DNA of 27,456 nt from a virus (Duplodnaviria > Heunggongvirae > Uroviricota > Caudoviricetes): IMG/VR virus record IMGVR_UViG_3300021431_000008, one strand, 5' to 3'. The position numbers were made by a program, and so were the translations under genes. How positions within the stretch are numbered: the stretch's first letter is position 1; every line of letters starts with the position of its first letter. Below, piece after piece: positions 18,270 through 25,279 of the stretch. Below the pieces are notes generated by a model. The model was not told the DNA's origin. It ran no database searches and was given only the letters and a program-made list of their open reading frames with translations.

Positions 18270-18585
18270 GGTAAACACCTCCGAAAGAAATCCTGAGACG
18301 CGGATGTTCAACCATAACACTCTGCACTTCCCACAGAGTATTCATGAACTCCACGTATTTCATGGAAGAGAAGTGATTCAGCGCATACGCATCGGCGACA
18401 ATTGAAATCTCATTACTGATTCCAAAGTCGTCGACTGGCTTCTCGGAACTCTGCTGACGGGCATGATTCTTAAAGAGATCGCCCATGTAATACCGCTCTT
18501 CCATTACGGGAACATAACGGCTCGGACGATCTTCTGACTCTACCTCGTCAACAAGGAATCCGATCCGGCCATAGTATCGTGCCAT
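18247..18585 (-). CDS. Head-closure/head-tail joining protein, 112 aa
   Basis: Directly after the capsid gene. MARYYGRIG..., ISNEISIVAD.YA..HF..M.YVEF....W.V.SV.VE.PRL....GGVY beta-rich pattern. Confidence 0.7.
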   Translation of the reverse strand: MARYYGRIGFLVDEVESEDRPSRYVPVMEERYYMGDLFKNHARQQSSEKPVDDFGISNEISIVADAYALNHFSSMKYVEFMNTLWEVQSVMVEHPRLRISFGGVYHGPTAEV

Positions 18586-18599
18586 TATTTACACTTCTC

Positions 18600-18614
18600 T
18601 TCCATTTTGAATTT
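18600..18614 (-). promoter_or_regulatory. Intergenic 15-mer AAATTCAAAATGGAA, copy between the capsid and head-closure genes
   Basis: Exact match to the other two copies. Confidence 0.55.
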
Positions 18615-18624
18615 TAATTACGAA

Positions 18625-20640
18625 TTAACCAGGGTTAGACGGATTGGTGGTGGTAACCTCTTCCTCGATAACGATGAAGGAATACAGGCGAGTGGTAGCG
18701 CCGGAGACGCGGGTCTCAAGCAGGCTCTTCTCCTGGTTAAAGTCGATATCGAACTGGGTGCGATGAATGATCTCGCCGCCCTTGGTCTGACCAAGAGCGT
18801 AGTCAGCCAGGTTACCAATGATAGCCAGCAGACGATAGGTCTTATTATTAGCAGTACGGGTCTTGTTCACAAACTCGGGAACACTGTAAACATTGCCGAC
18901 ATCCAGAGCACTGGTAAGCTCGCCCTTGTTGGCATACAGACGACGACCGTTCAGATCCTTGGCCAGCATCATCTTGTTAAAGAAGGCCTGCGTGCAGAAC
19001 ATATCGGGAGTGCCGGTGCCCTTGAAGTCGATCTTGGCGTCGAGAATAGCCTCCTCGGTAGCCTGAGCATACTTGTAGCTATCGCCGAAGTTACCGGAGT
19101 AATCACCATTCACGCCGGACAGATCGAGAGCCTTGTGAATGGTATAGATGTCGTTATCAGTCCAGATAGGACGGATGTGCTCGGGATTGATCTTATCGGC
19201 ATCGGCATCGTCACGACCGTCGCCAATCAGCATGGCCTGAGCAAGCTCGAGCTCCAGCTGGGCGCGATCAATCTTATACTGATAATCGACGTAATCGAAA
19301 TCGGTGATGTCAACAACGTCGTCGTGATTCAGAGCGGACTTGACATACACGGTCTGAGGATCGGTAACACGCTTGGCAACGGTGTAGTTACCGGCGAGAG
19401 TCTTCTCCTTACCCTTCAGATAACCGCGGGCACGCAGGGCCTCGATACCACGAATATCGACATAGCTGGTGCGGATACGGCTGAACGGGCTCTTGTGGAC
19501 CTTGTTCAGAACAGCCTTAACCCAAGCCTGGTCGTTGGTAACAAGCTGAGGGGCGCCGGGATAAACGTCATGGTACTCGGGGAAGAAACCCTCAACCGCA
19601 GCGGGATTCTGTCCAACGGGATAGGAAGCAGCACCGGAAACAGGAGCCAGAGTGGAAGTGGGAGCAGGAGTCGGATCATCGTCGGCATGAGCCAGCTCAT
19701 TCTCCTCAGCATAAGCGGCAAGAGCGTCGCTCAGCTTACCATACTTCTTGGCAACAGCAATGATGTTCATCTCATCATCGTGGGAAAGATAAGCGCCGGA
19801 CTGGGCAGCACCGGCATCAAAAGCGTTAAAGTTCATAACTTCTCCTCCATTGTCGGAATGTTTAATTTCAGCCTTGGCATCTTCAACAGCCTTGCTGATC
19901 AGGAATTTCATTACTTTCAGCTGATTGTCATCCATTGTATCGATAACATCCTGGACCGTAGCATCTTTACCAAGGTCAGCATGCTCGATTTCATCATCAT
20001 CTTCATCAGCACCGCCAGCTTCGCTAGCAGCCTGAGCGATAAGATAGGACATGACCTTCAGCTGGTCTTCGTTCATCGTGTCAATGACATCCTGAACGGT
20101 CTTCTCATTGTCCATTTCTTTGCCTCCGTCTTCATCTTTATCGGCATGTCCAAGCTCGAGACCATAATCTTCGCCGATATAGATGTAAGCTTCGTCCATC
20201 AAAGTTTCGGGATCATCGCCGTGCATAATAATCGGATAGGTAATCTGAGCACCCATATTGGCACCAGCCAGCACAAGGCTCACTTCCTTAATGGAACCAT
20301 GAAGAACATCTCCACCACTCTGCTTGAGCTGATTTGCCCAAATAGAAAGAGACGTCACGTCGCGGTGCATTACATCCTGCTTTGCACGCTTAGCATCCTC
20401 GCTATCATTAAAATAACCATAAAAGAAAACGCCCTCAGGACGGTTCTCAAGAAAACCATGTCCGAGGACGGCATTAGGACTATCGTGATTGTGCCCCCAA
20501 ACAAGAGGAACCTTAGCTCCATCCTGGTGGGCGAACGCATCACGGCGAATTGTACGGCCATCACTGCAACGGAGATCATTACGCGTTGCCCAACCGGCAA
20601 AATCGCAGTCCTGATATTTCGCAGGAATTGCGTCAGGCAT
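18625..20640 (-). CDS. Prohead protease (HK97/S78-like) - scaffold-like linker - major capsid protein fusion, 671 aa
   Basis: SD AGGAGG. N-terminal protease motifs FAGWA, VPLVWGH50, SLS99I, KEVSLVLAGAN. Acidic helical linker at aa about 140-318. C-terminal about 350 aa capsid region ending FDIDFNQEKSLLETRVSGATTRLYSFIVIE. Confidence 0.9.
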   Translation of the reverse strand: MPDAIPAKYQDCDFAGWATRNDLRCSDGRTIRRDAFAHQDGAKVPLVWGHNHDSPNAVLGHGFLENRPEGVFFYGYFNDSEDAKRAKQDVMHRDVTSLSIWANQLKQSGGDVLHGSIKEVSLVLAGANMGAQITYPIIMHGDDPETLMDEAYIYIGEDYGLELGHADKDEDGGKEMDNEKTVQDVIDTMNEDQLKVMSYLIAQAASEAGGADEDDDEIEHADLGKDATVQDVIDTMDDNQLKVMKFLISKAVEDAKAEIKHSDNGGEVMNFNAFDAGAAQSGAYLSHDDEMNIIAVAKKYGKLSDALAAYAEENELAHADDDPTPAPTSTLAPVSGAASYPVGQNPAAVEGFFPEYHDVYPGAPQLVTNDQAWVKAVLNKVHKSPFSRIRTSYVDIRGIEALRARGYLKGKEKTLAGNYTVAKRVTDPQTVYVKSALNHDDVVDITDFDYVDYQYKIDRAQLELELAQAMLIGDGRDDADADKINPEHIRPIWTDNDIYTIHKALDLSGVNGDYSGNFGDSYKYAQATEEAILDAKIDFKGTGTPDMFCTQAFFNKMMLAKDLNGRRLYANKGELTSALDVGNVYSVPEFVNKTRTANNKTYRLLAIIGNLADYALGQTKGGEIIHRTQFDIDFNQEKSLLETRVSGATTRLYSFIVIEEEVTTTNPSNPG

Positions 20641-20675
20641 TTCTATTCAGCCTCCTGTCTTATTGTAAGAGTAAC

Positions 20676-20690
20676 TTCCATTTTGAATTT
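20676..20690 (-). promoter_or_regulatory. Intergenic 15-mer AAATTCAAAATGGAA, copy upstream of the capsid precursor
   Basis: Exact copies at 1250..1264, 18600..18614 and 20676..20690, all intergenic or at gene junctions and in operon orientation. Function unknown. Confidence 0.55.
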
Positions 20691-20735
20691 TTATGGCGTC
20701 GTATTCATCTTTCACATACTCTTCAAATCGGGAAT

Positions 20736-22190
20736 CTACTCTTCACTGTTAACATTGTTTTGTCCTTCGGCTGCGCGATCAAGCAAGTAATTTAAAACTG
20801 TTACTTGTCGATCATCCATTGTTTCGATGACGTTCTGTACAGTCTCAGCATCAAGATTTTCCTCATCAAGAGGCTCTTCTTCAGATGCAGCTTCTGTCGT
20901 TTCGGACTCAGCCGTTTCTTCCTCGGGAGCGACTCCATCATTTAAATCAGTCGTGTCTCCCGTTATGGCGGCATCGTCTTCTTCAGCCATTGGATCCATT
21001 TCTGTTGGCATGTTGGGGTTTCTCAGGGAATCGGCACCTTCCTGATCCGAGGGTTTAAAGCCAAGAATTCCTCGCATCTCGTTCGGCGTCAGAATCTCAT
21101 TGCGAATCAGCTTATCGCCAAGTTCAGCAACATCTCCGACGGGAACCAAGCGGAACGGATTATGGAAGGACAAAATCGAATGCCCCTGAGTACGGGCCGC
21201 CTTTGTAAGCCATTTGCGAACCATGCCGTCTACAAAGGTCGTAACAAGCGGTTCGATAATATTATTGTTATAGTTCAGCTTCGTCATTTCATTGGCATTA
21301 CCGTTTAAAATCTCAGGACAAACACCAAGCTGATCGTGCAGTTGCTTTGTCAGCGAGTCGATCTGTGCCTGAAGATTATTATCAAGCGGTCTACCGAGCT
21401 GAATGACTTTTTCGGAAGCATCGATATAACCGATACCGTAGCGGGAACCGGCCAGCTGCACTTCCAGATCGTGTCTACGCTGTTCGGCTCTCTCCTTCTG
21501 CGTCTCATGGCGAGTGGCGTAAGGAAGCTGAATAATCATATCGAGCTTGCCGGATGCCGTCTTGTCGTCAATCTGATCGAGAAGAGCAAGTTTCTTCCGA
21601 AGACGCATCATCAACGAGTTTGGCGCATTCATGATGTCATAGAAGGGATTCTGCAAAATAACGCAGAGCTTCTTTGGCATACGAATCGTTTCTCGTTGCC
21701 CTGTTTCTTCATTGTAGAGCTCTACATCGATCTCTTTCGGATACCAAGCCATGATCTTGCCAACACGAGCAGACTGAATCTTATTGATGGACATCGTCTG
21801 ATAATTCACATCGGCAATAATCGGACAAACTGCAATATACCCTTCGTCAAGGAGAGATGCATAGACATCCTGCTTGAAGTCTCGAGCAGACTGATCGAGA
21901 TTGGCCTCTAAAGTCAGAATATCGTTGAGCTCATCCTCAACATCTTCCTGGTATCGTTTGTACTTATCAAGCTTGACATGCCGAATATCAACAGCTGCAG
22001 CATCGACTGCAATGCGATTCAAAAGAGGCGCAATAATAGACCGTTCGTTTCCGACTTTCGGTCTTCGACGATCCGGCCTTAAACTACCCGCTGAACTATA
22101 TGAGAAAATATCCTGTTGACGTACAGGAGTGGGATCTCTGTTTCGGAAGGCGTTCCAAGCCTTCTGAACGCGCTCAGTTAAACTGGGCAA
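20736..22190 (-). CDS. Portal protein, 484 aa
   Basis: TTG start with SD GGAGGTGA. NRIAVD, LEANLDQ.AR.F, DEGYIAV, GKLDMIIQLPY, EKVIQL, LIRNEILTPNEMRGILG (late TPNE.R motif of HK97-type portals). Lies between the terminase region and the capsid gene. Confidence 0.92.
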   Translation of the reverse strand: MPSLTERVQKAWNAFRNRDPTPVRQQDIFSYSSAGSLRPDRRRPKVGNERSIIAPLLNRIAVDAAAVDIRHVKLDKYKRYQEDVEDELNDILTLEANLDQSARDFKQDVYASLLDEGYIAVCPIIADVNYQTMSINKIQSARVGKIMAWYPKEIDVELYNEETGQRETIRMPKKLCVILQNPFYDIMNAPNSLMMRLRKKLALLDQIDDKTASGKLDMIIQLPYATRHETQKERAEQRRHDLEVQLAGSRYGIGYIDASEKVIQLGRPLDNNLQAQIDSLTKQLHDQLGVCPEILNGNANEMTKLNYNNNIIEPLVTTFVDGMVRKWLTKAARTQGHSILSFHNPFRLVPVGDVAELGDKLIRNEILTPNEMRGILGFKPSDQEGADSLRNPNMPTEMDPMAEEDDAAITGDTTDLNDGVAPEEETAESETTEAASEEEPLDEENLDAETVQNVIETMDDRQVTVLNYLLDRAAEGQNNVNSEE

Positions 22191-22209
22191 ATGGAATCAC
22201 CTCCGAAAG

Positions 22210-23202
22210 TTATTTTCTACGTTTTCTAAATTCCTCAAGTTTTCCAAGTGGCGTAGCTCGAAATTCAGCTTCGGCCTCTTTTAACTTATCAGTTAATGTA
22301 GGATCAGATCCATAAGCCGCAGGATACATCTGGCGAATTGTAGCATCCCACCATTGCTCCGAAATTTCTGTAAGATCAGATTCCAACTTTTCGTATTTTG
22401 ATTTTTCCGAATTAGTCATTTTCTGATCATAATTAGCGCCGTATTTTTCAAACATCTCGTTGTCAAAATCGATATAGGCTTGGCGAAGCGGCTCTCGTTC
22501 AGCTGCTAATTCGAGACCGCGATCATACATTTCATCGCGTGCCTTTCGAGCTTCATCTAACCGTTCGCGTTCATCAACACCGGCGATATCTTTTGCTTTG
22601 TCAACGGCTTTCCGTCCAAGATCCTGAGCAATCTCTTTGGCCGTACCATCCTGCCCGGTAGCAATCTCCCAGGCACGTTCTTTGGCATAATCCAAACGCC
22701 CTAAAGGAGTCTTACGATATTCGGCCTGCGCTTTTTCAGCTGCTTCCCAATCTTTCTTTGAGGAATTCGGACCTACTTTATTCCAGGCGGCTTCGGCACG
22801 TTCTCGCTCATCGACTCCAGCACGGTCCTTAATAGTATCGGCAGCTTTGTTCAGGCCACTGCGAATATCGTCATGCATCCGTTCAGCACGAGCTTTACCA
22901 TTAGAAACGGCGCTCTGAGCCTTTTGTTTAGCTTGCTGAGCTGCGTTATTGGCTTTACTACGCGCATTATCGTAATAAGCCTTCAACTCATCCTGAGTAT
23001 AAAAATACCGAGCCTTAGCACCGTCACCGATCTTTTCGATATACTTTACGGCACGATTACCAGCGGAACGAGCCGAACCGTATGCGTTACCGGCCGCAGA
23101 ACGGGCTGAACTATATGCGCTCTTCGCTCGATCCCAAATCGAATGCGAGAGATAAGGTTGTCCATTTTCATCAATTAAAATGACGTAATTGGAGTTTTGC
23201 AT
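22210..23202 (-). CDS. Hypothetical charged alpha-helical protein A, 330 aa; candidate internal head/ejection protein
   Basis: SD AGGAGG. First 77 aa are 72/77 identical to the 391 aa protein. Ala/Lys/Arg/Glu/Asp-rich with no TM segment. The function is inferred. Confidence 0.6.
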   Translation of the reverse strand: MQNSNYVILIDENGQPYLSHSIWDRAKSAYSSARSAAGNAYGSARSAGNRAVKYIEKIGDGAKARYFYTQDELKAYYDNARSKANNAAQQAKQKAQSAVSNGKARAERMHDDIRSGLNKAADTIKDRAGVDERERAEAAWNKVGPNSSKKDWEAAEKAQAEYRKTPLGRLDYAKERAWEIATGQDGTAKEIAQDLGRKAVDKAKDIAGVDERERLDEARKARDEMYDRGLELAAEREPLRQAYIDFDNEMFEKYGANYDQKMTNSEKSKYEKLESDLTEISEQWWDATIRQMYPAAYGSDPTLTDKLKEAEAEFRATPLGKLEEFRKRRK

Positions 23203-23213
23203 TTTAGCCTCCT
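22973..23213. repeat. 241 bp direct repeat, copy 1 (RBS plus first 77 codons of protein A)
   Basis: Hand alignment to 25039..25279: 221/241 identical, no gaps. Confidence 0.95.
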
Positions 23214-23230
23214 CAAATTATAGAGGAAGA

Positions 23231-23578
23231 TTAATGCTTCCCCGTATAAACTTTCAGACCTTCGTCAGTGGTTTCGTTAACGACAAGCTTTACGAGGCCT
23301 TTCTTCAAAACGTCTTCACCACTAAGATCGATATCGACACCAGTAACTTCACCAGTCGGAAGGACATTAACTGCGCCATCATTCCCAGTCTCAGGCAAAT
23401 CGGTAATGATACTGGTCAGGAGCGAATAGACCGCGGCAACAAGAGAAACGGAAAGAACATTAAGCCAATCTACCTCGCTCACGGTCATACCAACGGTAAT
23501 CATACCAAGGGCAACCTGTGCGGCAGTACGAAGCATACGAATCGCAGCCGCCTTAAACCAATCAAGCGTGAACTTCAT
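23231..23578 (-). CDS. Holin, r1t-like family, 115 aa
   Basis: SD AAGGAG. W.KAA.IR..RT.AQ.A...I.VG.....VDW..VLS.S..AA..SLLTSI...LPE is the r1t holin-type pattern, with two hydrophobic helices. Confidence 0.75.
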   Translation of the reverse strand: MKFTLDWFKAAAIRMLRTAAQVALGMITVGMTVSEVDWLNVLSVSLVAAVYSLLTSIITDLPETGNDGAVNVLPTGEVTGVDIDLSGEDVLKKGLVKLVVNETTDEGLKVYTGKH

Positions 23579-24062
23579 AGTTTTCTCCTTCTTTCAAATA
23601 AGAATTTTCCTGAATACACTTCAGGTTTAAACGACGTATTTCTGTGATGGCAGCATCTACAACACCGTTTTTAATCTTGTGTGTACGAATATAAGTTTCA
23701 TAATCGTCGCACTGCTTAATCACAAATTCAAACTGTTCTTTTGTGTGCTTTCGACCATTCATGCAGGAATTACAGAATTCCAAAATATCTCGGCGAGTGT
23801 CCTTAATTTCTTTGGCAGATGATTCTTCAATGTGCTTATCCAATTCGGCACTGAGTTTCGTAACTTTACCGTCAATATCTTTCAGCTTGTCGTTAATACG
23901 GGAGTTAAACTTGGAGCCAATCCAACCTAGGATAACGGTCCAAGGATTAAACTTGATCGGAGTAAACTCCACAAACAAGCTGACAATAAAAAGGAGAACC
24001 GCCCAAAATGACAGCTCTCCGCTCCTGTCTCCGATCAGTTCGACCAGTTTTGCAACCGTCAT
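23562..24062 (-). CDS. Membrane-anchored protein (holin-associated/holin-like), 166 aa
   Basis: SD GGAGG. One N-terminal TM segment (FWAVLLFIVSLFVEF) followed by PIK.NPW, a coiled coil, and R..IL.F...C......T.E.F......D.YE.Y......NG. Overlaps the holin start. Confidence 0.6.
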   Translation of the reverse strand: MTVAKLVELIGDRSGELSFWAVLLFIVSLFVEFTPIKFNPWTVILGWIGSKFNSRINDKLKDIDGKVTKLSAELDKHIEESSAKEIKDTRRDILEFCNSCMNGRKHTKEQFEFVIKQCDDYETYIRTHKIKNGVVDAAITEIRRLNLKCIQENSYLKEGENYEVHA

Positions 24063-24092
24063 GGAAGTGTCCTCCGATTGCTATTTATAGTT

Positions 24093-25268
24093 TTATTTAT
24101 TCTTCAGTGCATCCTCATAAATATCATTAAGTTCAGTAGCCATACGTTCCATTTCCCGCTGATAGGCAACTCTCTTTATTGGATTACGTTCCGATGTATA
24201 TTTATCTGCTAACGAATCTAAAGAATTATACAGATCTTCAGTTCTTTTTTTTGCAGTTACTAATTCATTGCTGTTGGGGTCGTATGCCCACTGATTCGAC
24301 AACTGAACCTCAGACACTTTTTCACTCAGATTTGCTGCTTTTTGTGCTAGCGGGCCAAGCTTACTATCGGCCCATCGATCTTCCTGATGGGCATTAACAA
24401 AATCAAGTGCTTTACTCGCCGCTGTCTTCGTTCGATCAACGGCATCAGAAGCAGCTTCCTTAGCGCGATCAGCAGCATCGGAAGCAGCTTCCTTAGCACG
24501 ATCAACAGTATCAGGAATAACATCCGTAATAAAACCAAGAGGCGTTTGCTCATAATGGTTCTGAGCATTATGTGCTTTTAGCGAAGCGTCTTCATACTCT
24601 CTTTGTTTCATCCGAGCGTCAACTTCTGCAAGTTTTACATCGTCATTTGCTCTAAGAAAAGCATCCGTATCTTTCTGCAGCCGAGCGTCATATTCTTCGC
24701 GCATTTTAGTGTCACGATCGCGTGCATCCGCACTTAAAGCACGTTTAGCTTTTTCGATAAACCCTTTGCGCTCATCTAAGTATTCCTCAGCGCTTCCTTT
24801 ATGATTATCTAACCTATCTTTTACGAAATCACGTGCTAATTTAGCATTATTAAGACGTTGCTGGGCATTAAAATGCTTGACAAATGCAGCATCAGATTTA
24901 CGTATTGCAGCATCTCGTTTCTCGCGATCGGTAATTCCGATTGCGTCACGAGCTGAAGCCACTGCTTTATTAGCTGCATTTTTAGCAGACTGAGATGCTT
25001 TATTAGCTGCATTCTTAGCAGCATTTTTGCCCTTATTATAATAAGCCTTCAACTCGTCCTGAGTATAGAAATACCGAGCCTTAGCGCCGTCACCGATCTT
25101 TTCGATATACTTCACGGCGCGATTGCCTGCGGAACGAGCTGAACCGTATGCTTTACCGGCGGCAGAACGGGCCGAACCATAGGCATTCTTCGCTCGATCC
25201 CAAATCGAATGCGCGAGATAAGGTTGTCCGTTTTCGTCAATTAAAACAACGTAATTGGAGTTTTGCAT
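24093..25268 (-). CDS. Hypothetical charged alpha-helical protein B, 391 aa; paralog of protein A; candidate internal head/ejection protein
   Basis: SD AGGAGG. Shares the N-terminal 77 aa and the G..eRe+...TPLG module with protein A. Contains 11-aa tandem repeats. Confidence 0.6.
   Translation of the reverse strand: MQNSNYVVLIDENGQPYLAHSIWDRAKNAYGSARSAAGKAYGSARSAGNRAVKYIEKIGDGAKARYFYTQDELKAYYNKGKNAAKNAANKASQSAKNAANKAVASARDAIGITDREKRDAAIRKSDAAFVKHFNAQQRLNNAKLARDFVKDRLDNHKGSAEEYLDERKGFIEKAKRALSADARDRDTKMREEYDARLQKDTDAFLRANDDVKLAEVDARMKQREYEDASLKAHNAQNHYEQTPLGFITDVIPDTVDRAKEAASDAADRAKEAASDAVDRTKTAASKALDFVNAHQEDRWADSKLGPLAQKAANLSEKVSEVQLSNQWAYDPNSNELVTAKKRTEDLYNSLDSLADKYTSERNPIKRVAYQREMERMATELNDIYEDALKNK
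24433..24506. repeat. 33 bp tandem repeat (about 2.2 units) encoding DRAKEAASDA[AV]
   Basis: cgatcaacggcatcagaagcagcttccttagcg / cgatcagcagcatcggaagcagcttccttagca / cgatcaac. Confidence 0.85.
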
Positions 25269-25279
25269 TTTAGCCTCCT
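25039..25279. repeat. 241 bp direct repeat, copy 2 (RBS plus first 77 codons of protein B)
   Basis: Hand alignment to 22973..23213: 221/241 identical, offset 2066 bp. Confidence 0.95.

Noticed and set aside
18607-20790. 727 aa plus-strand ORF antisense to the capsid precursor
   Set aside because: It mirrors the capsid gene in register, has no SD and no recognisable motifs. The strong codon bias of the highly expressed capsid gene (few TTA/CTA/TCA codons) explains the absence of antisense stops.
18276-22206. Repeated CACCTCCGAAAG 12-mer upstream of the portal and tail terminator genes
   Set aside because: Mostly the extended SD (GGAGGTG) complement; only two copies, so not distinguishable from chance plus SD constraint.
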